From assembly GCA_051294905.1 (NCBI GenBank), contig CM119371.1:27034001-27098000 (forward strand): DNA of 64,000 bases, read 5' to 3'. The notes below the pieces were generated by a model, which saw only the letters and a program-made list of their open reading frames with translations, searched no databases and was not told the origin of the DNA. A program made the translations under genes and the position numbers. Of the stretch, positions 13,779 to 27,859 are shown piece by piece (the first letter of the stretch is position 1; each line of letters opens with the position of its first letter). This DNA comes from Botryllus schlosseri (lineage: Eukaryota).

Positions 13779-15223
13779 TCAAAAGCCAGGGTGCGAATGC
13801 GCTGCTTGACCCAACGGTCGGTGCATCATACACAGAACCCCTCTCGCGACGTGACCTGCCGGTGGGTTGAATATGAACTGATGAATATCCGTCCATTGAG
13901 CTGTCGTCTTCATCGCAGTGCAGCAGCAATTGGTCGGATCGGGATAGCCTTCTCCCCATTTCACGTAAGTCGCTTCCGTTCCATCATCATTCAGAAGTCG
14001 ACCAGTCTGCAAAGTATAAGATATTTTAAGAATTGTTGCTGGATCGATAATATACGGCAACTCACCGCTCTGTCGTATGTCCAGTCCAACCAGCTATCGA
14101 TGTAATTCTGATGGTCGTCATTAGACAAAGGCAAGATGAGAGTGCGAACATGTTCTTCGATCATGTTGTAGAGCTTCTCGCTGTTGACGACGGCAGGTTC
14201 CCCACCGCGGGCGTGGCAAGTGCTGTGAATCTCCGCGCAAGTCACTTGATCGCGAAGCTCGACCCAGTAGCAGATGTCCCCGTATCTGATGTGGCAAATA
14301 TCTGCGATACAAAGTGAACAAGGTCACTGTTGAATTCAACCTCACCTCAAAAAAGGGAAACACGCGATTGTAAGTTCACAACATCATACCGACAATCCGA
14401 GTGTCAAACATGACACAATGCTCGCGAGTATGACACATGCTCGTGTGTATTAGGTCGATGCTTACCCTCTGCCTTCTCCAGTAGGCCGATTCGCATCTTC
14501 ATTTCAGACAGACCTATAACGAGTGTACAAGGAATAATTATATCCCTGTAATTATTTGCCATGCCTAATCGAAGACTCACTTGCGTTCAGCGCATCCCTC
14601 TCGAGTCGTATGTCCTCAACGTCCGCGATCATGCTTTCGAAAACTGTATAAAGAAAAGACATGAACGAAACGGCGCCAGCGCAACATAACGGAAACAAAC
14701 CCACATTCTCTAGACTCAGGCGACTCTAAAAACTTGACTAGTACTTTCTTGAATATCACAGAGAGTCGTTGCTGAAATCGCTCGAATTGGGCAGATAGCG
14801 CTGAAAATGAGGCAAGTTTTAGTAACGGCGAGCGTTGAAAGTAACAGATTCACTTCTCACTTCTATTTCCTGCCTCGAGTTCACCCAAATGCGAGACCAA
14901 TTTCTCCCTATTCACTTCTGAGAAAATACAGTGATAAAGGGCAGAAGTAATGCTTCATTGACACTGACTACTGCATCATATCTTAGCATACGTACTCAAA
15001 AACGCGGACAACGTATCGTACTCTTCCGTAAGCTTGTCGGTCTTCTGTAACAACGTTGCGTGATCATCGCCTGTAATTTTGAGATCGTGTTGAGATAGCA
15101 ATAAAGAGCTGCTAGCGTATAGGTCTTGCCGATAACATGATCACTGGCCGGAGAAGTTTCATCGGGATCCTGTGCTCGAACGGAAGCCGACAGCAAGAAA
15201 CATATGCATAGAACGAAAATCAT
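13779..15223 (-). CDS. Secreted C-type lectin domain protein, paralog 2 (multi-exon)
   Basis: Signal peptide MIFVLCICFLLSASVRAQ from ATG 15223; short stalk exons; CTLD ICHIRYGDICYWVE...TCAEIHSTCHARGGEPA...DSWLD and last exon KWGEGYP...CCCTAM...RGVLC, stop at 13779. Confidence 0.8.
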
Positions 15224-16489
15224 GTCGACGAAATTACCATTAAACACCTAATAACTCTGTTGTACATACGGAACCTGTGTTGACAATCCTTAAAGTTACT
15301 GAAGACTACATCATCCAGACCGCCCTTGTTATAGATTAGATTTGCACTGCGAGGTCAGATCTGTAACCTTATCCTCCTTCAGCGCACAAACGCGATGGCA
15401 CTGCAACTTCGATTTAAATAGCACAATCCTAATTGAAGCGGGCGACTCGCTTAACTCAATAATTATGGGCAATTTAGATCTGCGCACGACAATTGGATAG
15501 GAACCCCAGGATTCACGTTAAAAACTTCATCTGTGCTTTGAGCGCATTGCTATTCTCATTATAGTCTTTCCAGTTGCACTCACGACGCACATTGGTTGCT
15601 CGCTGTATGTCACAAAATTGGTGTTTACGCGTATGTTTTCGTCTAGCTATAGAGTAAGAGTAAATTTCGAACTGTGTCCTGACTTTTTACTGAATGAAAT
15701 GTCATAATCTGAAGACCATGCAATCAACATTTTCAGTTGCAAAGCTCAACAATCTATATCAGGTGCTGTTCAGCCATACCCAAGTTTATTTGAAGTGTAG
15801 GCTAAGAATCTGTACATCTAGCTGTCTGGTACCAATGCTACAGCGCCAAATGTTTCAAGATTCCTTCTTAAAATATATATAAATAGCTGGTTCGTGGTAC
15901 AGAACTTGAATATAGCTTTCAATACAATATCCATTGTAAAATAATATTTATTGAACTCGAAGACTTTTCGGGTGCCTCTTTTCAAGAGTTAACGGCACAC
16001 TAAAGGGATTTAAACAGATTTAAAAGCAAAACCAAAAAGGCAAAGTATGACGTAACAATCAAAATCACAGACCATGAAATTCGCATCGTAACAATGGCAA
16101 CAATAACAAACTATGAAGTATTCGGACATACGGTACTATAGTAGCAACGCAATTCATAAATAAACAGTTATACACGCACGAGACAACACGCACTACACTG
16201 TAAAAAATAAAGGTGTCCATAGACATGTTTACACCTGGTACCTCTTAATACATGTCCGTCATGTAAAACCATACAACAGGTTTAGTTCCACCTGTTGCCT
16301 AACATGTTTCTGCCCGTCATGTAATCTCGAAAACACGTCTGACCTGAGACTTCAATTGACCTTTCACCTTTGACCGACTGGCACAAAATCTGTAGCCAGG
16401 ATATGAATCAAAATAACCAATTCAGATTCGGGTCAATAATGCATATTGACAACAAAGGCAACGAAACATGAAATATTATTGAATGAAAC

Positions 16490-17600
16490 ATGAAATATTG
16501 AAAACATGTAATGAAACAAAAATTATTTCAACAGTGTGAGCCACAGAAGTAGGATATCCTAAGATTAATAAGCTTCAGAAAATATGTAATGAAGCAAGGA
16601 TTATTAAGCCGGCTGAAATATCACTCCGTCCTTGAATAACCAAAATGTACCACAAACAGCTCAAGTCTCTGAAGTTAAAAAGTTTCGGAAGGTTTCGGAA
16701 TGCATGTACAAAACAAGAATTAGGACAACGGCTAATAGTATTGACCCGTCCTTATTGAATTAAACAACTACAAAGATATACACAGTGTATCTAACGTTAG
16801 ACAGTTTCGGAATCTATGTAATGAAACAATAATTAATATAATGGCTAAAAATATTGACTGGCCCTCCATGAATTAATTTAATACGAATTGCCACACAGTA
16901 AGCTGCCGAGCACATGATGTTTTGAAATTTTGGACATATGTGATGAAACAATAATTATTATACAGGCTAAATAATTGACCAGTCCTTAAAAATTCAATCA
17001 CATTAATTTACTACAAACAGCACAAGTCCCCAGCGTAAGAAAGTTTCGTAGCGCATGTACGAAAAAAAGAATTACAACAACAGATAAGAGTATTGATTCG
17101 CCCTTAATGAATCGATCAACTACAAACAGATAAAGTGTACCTAACGTTAGAAAGTATGTAATGAAACAATAATTTTTATAACGGCTAAAAACATTTACCC
17201 ATCCTCAATGATTCAATAGCCAGTAATGTAGCCAGCACATGATGGGCGCTCATGACAACTTTTAAATCTTCGCTGCAAACTACAAACAGCTGCTGATTAC
17301 ATAACGTTTGGAAGTTTTGGTACACTTGCAATGAAATAAGAATTATTACAGCTAGAAGTATTGAACTGTCCTCAACGAAATAATTTACTATAAACAGCCA
17401 CAGTGAACCTAACCTTGGACAGTTTCGGCCGTTCTAAGGAAACAAGATTCATAAAGGCTAAAAATATCAACAAGTCAATATTATAGCAATGGCTAAAAAT
17501 GTATCTGCCACTGATCAATCCACAAGCAAATTCAATTTGCTACGAACAGCCGCAGTGCACTTAACGTTCGGAAGTCTTGAAAGAAAGTTTGCAACGAAGG
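16490..17600. repeat. Degenerate tandem array of about ten units of roughly 110-120 bp inside the EnSpm element
   Basis: Recurring ATGTAATGAAACAA...GGCTAAAA..ATTGAC...CTACAAACAGC...CTAACGTT.GAAAGTTTCG pattern. Confidence 0.75.
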
Positions 17601-20600
17601 ACCAGGAGTTCGAGGCTGACGGAGCGAACTTGATGTTAAACACCCAGTATATTGCGAGTATTATAGCCATCGCATGATGAAAGCTCAAGACCCCTTTGAT
17701 GACTTTGCCATCGAAGTGAACTTTCCACTCATTCAGGATCGTGTTGAACTCGATCGTCGGGTATACATTCTTTGGCTCCTGATAAATAAAAATGTTATTA
17801 ACTCGGTACTACAGGTGTGGGTCTCAAATTGAGATAGATCGAATATTAGACATAACAAGTCATGACAGCACGTGTCGAGCTCATGCAAAGAGGTACGAAA
17901 ACGATCATACGTGATCGTTGCATTGGTAGCTTTAAGTCCAGGGGCGGGCAGCTTTTGCAGTCCGCAGGCCGGATATAGGAATATAGGTCGGATTGGTGAA
18001 TCGATACAATATTTGCCCATTTATCCATATATACAAGTAATAAATCGCATTTATTAAATGTCTTTTATCGACAGCAATGTCACATCACAGCCATTTCTTG
18101 CCGATAATGACGAAGACACTGTAGATTTGAGAATAACATTGTTATAGAGTCGCCACCATGTTTGGTTCTCTGTGATCAATCAACACACGGTGCAATCCTT
18201 CATTAAGATTTCAAGACGTTCGATAAGTCCAGTACCTCAAATTTACAAAGATATCAATTCATGAGGGTTGAGTAGGTGACGAGATAGCGTCGCGTTCAAC
18301 TGTGTGGTCTAATTTATCTCGATATAAATTCATGCGGCCTGCGGCCTATAAGAAATTTGAATAGTGGCCCGCGACCTATTTTGAGTGGGCAACCACTGGC
18401 ATAAGCGGTGCCTTACAAAAGCCTGTAAGTGTGCCGTGCTACATGTCGGCAATTTCGGAATCAAAAATTAGAAATATCAGCCTGGTGTAAATGACCATTG
18501 CCGTCGACAAACACCATGATCACCACAAGGCCTAAGTCGTCCGTCTCCGACCGTGGCTCCCAATGTGGGGGAGTTGTCGGTCCAGGGGGGCGGAAACGGA
18601 CAGTGGGGCGATAGCGCGTTGAAATGGCTACATTGGCGTCCATGACAGTAACTGCCACACCCAAGCCCCTAATTGAGATGGGGGGAGCGAACTCGAACGG
18701 GTCCCACAATTTTTCGTGAATTAACATCAATTATAGAGCATTATTTTGAAAATTTAGAACACTTTTTCAAAAAAATTAATGCTGCGCGCCATTTCGTGGT
18801 TGCATTTCTATTGCTTATTGGATGCCCTTCCTCCAAGAAATAATACGCATGAGTTATAGAAATGGACATCTCGGCGTCAGCCATTATCACATCATGACGC
18901 ACCAAGACATATTAAGTTTCAGGCCATGTAACATGCGACTCCGAGAAGTGTGACGGAACGAGAAAACCTTGGCGGAAAAGGACTGCCTTTATGCTGACCG
19001 ACTTCGATATATATACGATATGCAACATATTTAATTGTCCATACGCGCCTAAATGCCTGACTCCAAATGTTCTTGAGCTGTCCAATAGGAACCCCACAAA
19101 AAATGATATCTTGCAGAGATTAATTAATTGCCAGTGCTGAAATACCAATTTGAAATCGTGGGCTTTTTTTAGTTTAGTACGTATGGACGATTTGAATATC
19201 TTTTGAGCAGACAGGCCACGAAATGTCAGTACGTAGCGAAGTCATTTTACCCACGGGTCCGCCCGAATATGTTCAATTATTATTTACGGGCCCTACATTT
19301 TCAAAGACACGTCACTCAGCTTCACCGGTAAATCTGAATACATGAGCTGAAAGAGGATGAAAAATTGGCAGCAATATTTACACGCATATAATAACATACA
19401 GTCACTAAAATTGAACCTAGTAAACAAGTAGTATGGAATCTCGGAGGACAAGGGCCGCGGGCCACTTTATGATGCAAGACGTAAAACAGTCCACGGGCCG
19501 GAAAATTTTTTTGCGCCCCTGTTCTAGTTGACACCAATTGATGATGTAACCCGATCGCAGTGGGTCATGTGATTTGCTTGTGTCCACAAGACAGGACATC
19601 ATGCTTTCACATACACCATTAACTTACTTTGTCCACAATCAGGAAGTTGTCATAGCCGTCATTGAAGATTGTTGGGATCCCGACCATCCACCCCAGTTTT
19701 TGACGACCTGAATGAGAAGTGCCAGAAATCAACTCAACGTCAAAAAATAGATTAGCAGCATTGAAACCTTGAGCGGGCCACTCTACTGCTGACAACGATT
19801 TTCAGTCACCTTGCCAGTCGGAACACGTTTGGGCAATGGTGAAAACACAACAAATATTACTACGCAGGAAATTCAATGAAAATTGTGTTGATAAAAGCAC
19901 GTGTGCAGTCATGTCCAGCGTGAAATAGCGGGTTGCCTCATTATGCCGCTAAGCTAATTTGACAAGGATTAATCCACGCTTGGACAAATGAATATCAAAG
20001 ACTACGGCAAATCTGTGTCTATGACCGCTGATGGTCTTTCTGCGAGTACCAATAAATTCGATGTTTCCTAATTTCGAGAACACCTAGCTAGAACACCTTG
20101 CTAGCCGCCCCAATAGCAATGGAAGAAATGACTACAACTGGGAGTATGTGCGACGAAGTCATCCCCCTCAATAAGTGTAAAACATAAATTACTCACTCAT
20201 AATCTTTTGGATCGGGATCGGAATCTTCTGCGGTTGTAAGAGGCATAACGCAGAGCTGCAACTTTTTTCAATTATATTTGCAGTGATATCCATATCAGAC
20301 AAGCCTTGTTTCTGGCAAATCATTTGCATTTCTTCCAAAATCTAAACATTTAGAAATGTTTACAACCGAGCAATTTAAAAAACTTATGTGCGCTATGGGC
20401 CTATCACATGAGCGTGTAAGGCAGGGGTTGACAACCTTTTGTATGCAGCGTGCCAAAACTTGAGGTTCCCACATTATAAACGAGAAATCGGGTTCCGATA
20501 AGCCGCGTGAGCTTCGAGAAAAAATCAAAATAACTAAAATCTGCTCAAATAGAATAAATATGGTAGTTTTGGAAACATGTTTGGTTCGCTTATTAAATTA

Positions 20601-23600
20601 TACATTTCAAAAACTTGATCTCGCGTGCCATAAACGCCGACGGATTGATGTCGTCATGACTCGATCCTGACACTGCTTCATACCTACCCAATGCGCATCA
20701 ATCAGAAGCGGATAAATCTCCAACAGATCCTGTGTGGACATCCCATTCAGGATGGCCTTGCGACGCGATTGAAATGTTCTTCTCATCCGATCTTTTATTG
20801 TTATATTGTCAGGTACTCTTTTGACGCATTCGGCTCTCATTGCTTTTTGGTGCACCTCAATGCTGCACTCGTCTTCTGGAGGGTATAATTTCTGAATCTG
20901 TAAGGAAAAATAGATCTTTATTAAAACATGACCGGTTATCGGTGTATCGGTACTACTTCTTGGCAATCTATCTTCTGAACCTTAAGCATGTACACTGCCA
21001 AGAAAGACTGCGTGCACAGAAAAATGTGTGGCACAGACTTGTGAAAAATTATGGGGAACCTTGCTCCTCGGTGTTGTCGGTATCGGATCAAAAACTTCAT
21101 GTCGAGGATATCTAAATGAAGGATGCAAGATACTAAATGCTCACATTGCATGTTGAGTCTCGAGAATTCTTGCACCGTTTACTGGCTTTTTCCACAACAA
21201 GGTCCTGAGATTTCCGTTTGCCGTGGCGTCCATGCTTTTGCTTTTTTAAATCTAGGATGGGATCTTCTTTTTCGAGGCGCCTTCGCCATTCCCTGTACTT
21301 GGTTTGGAGCTTGTCCTTCCATGATCCCTGCAATGTGGAATAGTTAGAGAAGGCTTCAGATTAAGTTTCGACAAACTTCTCACATATCTGTCACCACCAT
21401 CGAATAATAAACGATCTTGCAGCACCGGATACGTTGTCACCAATGCACTCAATGAGCAGTTGTATTCATGATGCGTGGGATATAACCTAGGAACATATAT
21501 ATTGAACACTAATTCAACTGCAATATTTGGTAATCTAAGAATTGCTGCGTACCCCGTGTAATTCCGTAGGTCATAAAACAGGTGATTTACGATTTCCTTC
21601 TTAATTTTGTTTGGAATTTCCAATATCTCTTTAAATTGCTGCAGCTCATGCACCAAGGCTTTTGGTAAAGAAATTTGATACCCCGTTTCTGGCCATTTCA
21701 ACGACTGGTACTTATCTCGAAATCCGCTTGAAGTAGACTCTTGGGAGCACGAGGTTGACAAGGTGCTGCTCATAACACCTTCATCTGAAGACGATACAAC
21801 AAATAAGGAAAATAATATGAATTTGATGAAGAAGTGCTTACCATCACATTCAAAATATTCAACAGGGGTGTCATGAGTGTCACTGGCATTCGTATCACTG
21901 AATGCTTCAATATTCAATGTGTCTAGGTCATTCATGCTTCCAGAAACTATGTCGGTGTCATCGGCGTCATCAGCAGAAACGTTGGCTTCGGCTATGGTTT
22001 CCTCTGCATAATTACAAGAGAGTGAAGGCGCGTATAGCATTGTCATGGAAATGTGCAGCCATAAAGGTAACCAGTGGACTCGCGGCCTATGGCGAATTCG
22101 AGCCATTGAATTCAGTCTTCGGTAAACTAGAGCCATGGTGAATTCGTAAAATAAAAATGATTATAAACGTTGGGGAATGTAATAATTATTGGAGTCTGAT
22201 CCTTGATGTTATGGCTTCATCAAAATTACACAGCTCCGTATACGGGGCATATATGCATAATATAACAGTTCATGTCTATGTGTTATTTACCATGGGCCGA
22301 GTTCACTGGTAATGGGCAAAGATATATCAGGCATCATAGGCGCCGATCCTGGGTATGCAAGGTATGCCAACCATACCTAGACATTTTCTTAGGTGTGCGG
22401 CATACCTAGAATTCGGTTTGGCATGTAGCGGCATAAACCCGGGATTGTGTGATTTAGAACAAATCACAATGTATTTCCGTTTACGATATTACCTGCTGCC
22501 GCTATGTGAGTGAGTTAACCCTTTGCACGAGGCCAATTAGCGAAAAGCGCAAATTAGCGATATTCTTCTGTGCACACTGCACAATGTAACGCGACGCGAT
22601 TTCCCGCTGAGATGATCGCGAAATTATGTCATTGATTGCCGTGCGCTAGGCAATCGTCGCATTGGACGCTTGCCTGATTTATCGAGTCTCCAACAAGCCT
22701 AGGTTCACTGGCTTGAACAATCACATTCAGCAGTAGGCCAGGTGCGCACTATACCATCGCTAGCCTGCAGTATCGCATATGCATTGGCGCGCACAATATC
22801 ATCGCTTACCTACACAATCGCATCTGCAACAGGTCTGGTACGAAAGAAAGACCTATCATTGGTGGCCATGGCCATTGGCCAACTATCGCGTCTCGAGCCT
22901 AGCATACGTTGGCTCCTATCTCTCGATGGCTTGGAGACAATAACCTTGGGTGTATGCTAATTATTAGCGATTAGCACCAAACTGAATGACATCGAATGCC
23001 CACTGACATATGCGATTGTGCGTGCGCCATGCAGGCGTAATTGAATTCCGCTAATACTTAAACATAACCATCAGAAGATGTTTGTCAAGGCGCGAGTTTA
23101 AAAATACGAGCAAGGTTTGAACATGAAATATGTGCGACTCGGACATTTTGCCTCGCGGATATCGTCGCCGAGGTTACGTAATACGTGTTGATAAGCGGCG
23201 TATTTAACTGTTCGCTAGCGATCACGCTAATTGACCGCGTTGAATAGCGTATACGCGCAAGTTCGTTAACACGAGGAGATTTGTACAATAGGGCTGTCCA
23301 AAAATAACCTTTTTTCCTTAAAGGGGCACTGCGCTCTAAAAATGATGTGGTCTCAAATTGAAGGTAAAAACGAACGAAAATTTTTGGCCGCAGCCATTTT
23401 CGTCAGAACGCCACCGTAATGGAGCTGCAATTTATTGAAATTTCTACAAGACCAGCTGCCGCGGCTGCTTAACCCGTTACATGGCACGATGTCTTCATCG
23501 TCGCACTTGCTCGACGCGATAAGGCAGTCACGCAGACAACGAATTTTAGATAGTTGTCAGCCGATGTTATGAAGGAAATGTGTCCAAGTTTCGATCTCTG

Positions 23601-24829
23601 CGTGACTGCCTTATCGCGTCGAGCAAGTGCGACGATGAAGACATCGTGCCATGTAACGGGTTAACCAGCCGCGGCAGCTGGTCTTGTAGAAATTTCAATA
23701 AATTACAGCTCCATTACGGTGGCGTTCTGAAGAAAATGGCTGCGGCCAAAAATTTTTGTTCGTTTTTACCTTCATTCTAAGACCACATCATTTTTAGAGC
23801 GCAGTGCCCCTTTAATAATGCTGGCAACGTGAATAAATCGTTATGTTGCCTTGAAAAACGACACACACCAAATTTTCTAATTCATTCCAACCAATATTCG
23901 CGGGTTTCATAGAGTTTGAAATGAATTTGCTCAAAAACGCCAAAAAAAAATTTGCTAATTTTTCTGCCAACCCCATGAAATGGTTGAGCTGTCTCCAAAA
24001 ACTATGCAAAACCAATTTGCCTCAATTCCAAGCTGTAGAAGCGGAGTTTGGTTTTATTTGTCATAACCAGCTGTAGCACTTGTCAGCTTCTGGTTTTTGC
24101 TGAAGAAACTATACAGCTCAATATTGCATTTGAAATTCGGAAAGCGAATTCTCGCAGACTACCGTACCAACTTCAAGCAGATGGATATACCGTCATATAA
24201 CGATATATATATCATATTTTAGTAGCAATATACCTTCATAGATTGTGACTGTGAATTGTTGTTACCCACATAATTCTGAATAACAGCTTTTTTCGAATAT
24301 TTCGAAAATGGCAGCCGGTGGTAAACGGTTAAGGATGCGTATTATACATGGTGGCGTACTAAACTTGGAAAATTACAGTACTATTTTTGGCAGTTCCAGC
24401 ATCGCCATGAGACATTCAATTACATGAATCAATTACTGTAACACTTTTCCCTAAAAATCTATACCGGTATCAGTTTCTATTGCAGACATCGAGCAAGATA
24501 ACACACAAGATAATTCTAGTATGGTATAATCATCATTTGAAGGCGTGATCACCGCTTTTACGGCACCAATTCTCTTTTTATGAAAATAGAATAATAAATC
24601 ACTCACTTTCTTCGTCACTCATAACAAGACGTATTTGACCCATATCTTCGATAGCTGACGGCTTATAAAGGTCGACGTACAAGTTGAATGACTTATCGTA
24701 ATATTCCATCTTGAACGTTTTTTCACCGATGGTACTACGAAATGTACTTGCGATAGCACTGTGAATCTCGGAATGGTGATTAACCGTGATCACTCTTTTG
24801 ATATCGCCATATATGATTAAAAGTTTCAT
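17515..24829 (-). CDS. Spliced EnSpm accessory (TnpA-like) gene; coding integrity uncertain
   Basis: Exon 1 MKLLIIYGDIKRV...FNLYVDL (24829 to about 24607, GTGAGT donor); exons near 22005-21113; exon IQKLYPPED...MRRTFQSRRKAI...YPLLIDAHW near 20900-20690; exon near 19707-19628; last exon 17778-17515 EPKNVYPTIEF...LAIYWVFNIKFAP...LLVD-stop. Confidence 0.65.
18690..19380. repeat. Dispersed repeat, diverged copy of about 45660-46325
   Basis: Collinear similarity by eye (e.g. TTTCGTGAA.TAACAT, CACCAAGACAT, CCATGTAACATGCGA, TTAA.TGTCCATA) in the same orientation. Confidence 0.7.
23322..23811. mobile_element. Kolobok-like palindromic MITE
   Basis: TTAA on both sides (23318-23321, 23812-23815); AGGGGCACTG...CAGTGCCCCT termini; about 220-bp near-perfect arms; inserted 33 bp inside a TAGGGCTG hAT-like end starting at 23289. 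Confidence 0.8.
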
Positions 24830-25108
24830 GTTAAACACCGGTAACACGGTAGCAACAGATGAGTAACCAGTCTGAAAAATAGAACGACCACATTCAAAAT
24901 GACGAAACTTGAATAAATCATGAATTGTAACTACTTTTCTCAATCGAAATAGTTCATTACAAATTTTACGATACAGTTGAAAGTACAAAAATTTACCAAT
25001 ACAGTACACATCATGGGTCTGTGCTAAAATGAAAGCAACATAAAACTCAAATTATTCATATATCAATTTCAACCAAATACATTTCTCGATCGACTGTTCA
25101 TCGACTGT

Positions 25109-27460
25109 TCACTGTTCATCTTTGAAACATATTCGATGATGTAGCCTAATGTACCTAAATTCACCAATGCAGTGTACATCATGGGGTCTCTGGTAATATA
25201 TTTCGCAAGGATGTAATACACATACGGAACCGGTTTCCGTCACAGAATAGCAGTGTAAATGTCGCACAAAGCTCGACTTGAGCAATTTACCACAAATGTG
25301 CCACTTACCATTGAAATGTAAAATATATTCTATGCAGCAAAATATCGGACCATTAGCATCCTGATTTACAACATAAATTTTTTCCCTCTCATATCTTTCA
25401 TGTCCATTATCATAACATTTTGCAGAACAAACTTGTTCCTCAACATCCTGCATCCCAAAAAAAGCCACATATTGGCTTGGTACATCGCCCCATAATATGT
25501 TGACTGTCTCAACATTCATAGGTTCCTCATGTAAACAGTTGAGTGTAGACATTTCCCAACATTTTCTGAACTGTAATCGAGAGGCTACCGTGTGAGCAAT
25601 ATTTTTGAAGTTGCCAGAAATTCTGGATATTTTTTTGACGATCTGATGATAGCTCTCAAAGCGCATCGACCAAACAAGATTAATGGGGCCACAGAGTTTT
25701 GTCAATCTTGCGTAGTGTAGTAAGTAGTGGAACTTTGGCTTGATTATCTCTGGTGCAATATTCAACACCTCACGATAAAAATCGACAACTAGCACATCAA
25801 GCGAAAGAATCATCTCATTTGTGACACGTTTTGCAAATACAATGTCACATATATCTGACAAGAGCAAATACAATTCCCATATCTCATTTTCGTCATCGAT
25901 GCTATCACCGACAATGAAACTAAGATGGTTGAAAAAACACCAACATTGAGTTGCCGTCAATGAGGAAACTTTACCTCTGTAGCGGGGCTTATTGCGAATT
26001 TCATTCTTTCCATAGGGGAATTGCTCCACGAGTTCAATAAATGCAGATTTTGTCACGTTGAGAGCACGGAGGATCAGGTTATTTATAATATATTCCATGG
26101 TAACAACGAGGACGCCTTCTAGGAGATCATGCATACAGTCGGGAACCATACAATTAATCATTTCAAATGACAAAAGATCCGAAAATGGATTGCTCATTCT
26201 CACTCCGTACGCGCTTGCGAGAGACGGGTTTTCCGATACATCTCGGACATGAAGCACATGGTTCGATGGACACCGTAATTCGAACATTGTTTCAGAAAAT
26301 TTTGTAGTTAATTCGGAATAATCACACATGCAGAATCGACAAATACGCCCATTACTAAATGAACGACGGAACCCAGATAGATCATGACTTGCTAAATTAT
26401 CAGCAGTAATAGTCGCCTAACTACCTTTGAAATGCCTCGTCATACCATTTCAAAGGGCGACATCTATTCCGGATGTTTCCAGAGTTTTGAAGTCTTCTAT
26501 CAATGGTTCAAGTATCGCATGATATCCCATATTCTTGACAGTTGCGGTTCTAACAATCAGTACTGGATGAATGTTTCTCAAGTTCGACTGAAACTTAACG
26601 TCGATATTTCCCAGTATAAAATAGAAGCATGTAAGCTTATGTATCGTTTTCGAACTTCCCAGAGCATTGCAAACTTCCACATCATCTACATATAAATGTA
26701 TGCGCAGCAAACTTCGATCACCATTGAAAAAACTATTTGCTTTGAATAAATCACCATCACAAAAGTTACTAAGAAACCCATCAGCAGAAGTACAGGACGA
26801 ATTGCTATCAACACTTTCAATAACATCCTTGTGGGATAAGTATTTTTTCAGAGTACTCAATATGGGAATATATTGATATTGTTGATCCTCAACACCGTCA
26901 AAACACTTTTTTACAGGCTCAACTAATCCAATGTTAGTCAAACATTTTCTAAATTGATGGTCACTTTGCGTTTGATTCATCATGCGAGTCAGATCTGGCA
27001 TACTATCGCCAACACAGGCATCTTTAAACATTTCTAAAAGTTCTACCACTCCGAATAAAATGTCACGAGATACGGATATTGGCAGAAGGTATTTCTCCCT
27101 GCATTTTAAAGCAAACTTGAAAAATTCATCATTGAAGTTTTGTACTCCGGGTAGACCGACATTGCTTTGACCAATCTCTTGCTGTGACTGATCCGTCTGC
27201 TCTGTCGCGAAAACCTGAAGGTCTGTTTCTGATCCTGGATTATTCACTACTGGTTGTGGTTGGCCATGTGTGCGGTAAAGATGCACTCTGAAGCTATGGT
27301 AAGTGCTGAACGTCATCGGTGGATTGCTGTCTCCACACGGTACCATACTACAGGTGAATGCGGTACACCAACGATGCACATAACGTACATGATTTAGCAA
27401 GACTTTCCGGGATGAAAACTGACCACAAACGCATCTTTTAACTGGGCAAGCCCAATCCAT
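25109..27460 (-). pseudogene. EnSpm/CACTA DDE transposase, 783 codons, with two in-frame stops
   Basis: ORFs 26450-27460 and 25109-26329 share one frame, linked by IDVAL*NGMTRHFKGS*ATITADNLASH...CRFC; N-terminal C2H2-like fingers; motifs LYVDDVE, ADNL, PDCMHDLLEG, KPKFHYLLHY, WSMRFES. Confidence 0.88.
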
Positions 27461-27540
27461 AACAGTCAGTCAGCGTCGACAATAAATTCTGTTCTCAGTG
27501 CGGTTGGCTTGCTGGCGGCTTCCCGGCAATACAAGATTCT

Positions 27541-27705
27541 CAACCAATCATGGCGCATACTGAAATCACGTGTGCCGTGAACTTTTTCAACCAATAACAA
27601 CGGATACTAAAATCTTGTGAGCCGTAAACTAATAGATTACAGCCATTTTTTCAACCAATCACGACGGATACTGAAATCGTGTAAGGTGTGAACTAATAAA
27701 TTACG
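27541..27705. repeat. Three tandem units carrying CAACCAAT, just upstream of the transposase
   Basis: CAACCAAT...ATACT(G/A)AAATC...GT(G/A)AACT repeated three times, 80-245 bp before ATG 27460. Confidence 0.6.
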
Positions 27706-27859
27706 ACGAATACTCACATGTTTTATAATACATAGCTAACCTATAAGGATAGATTCGCCACAGCTATCGTCACGCTTGCTTGCTCAGCAATATGAACGTT
27801 ACATAATTTCATATCCCATAGCTTCAGACCCGAGCGCTCAAATTAGATATAGATGATTT

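Noticed and set aside
14270..14290. Suspected frameshifts in lectin paralog 2 (here) and paralog 3 (near 32545)
   Set aside because: Recounting the homopolymers (C4 and G5) gives intact frames YGDIC and NPPHGH.
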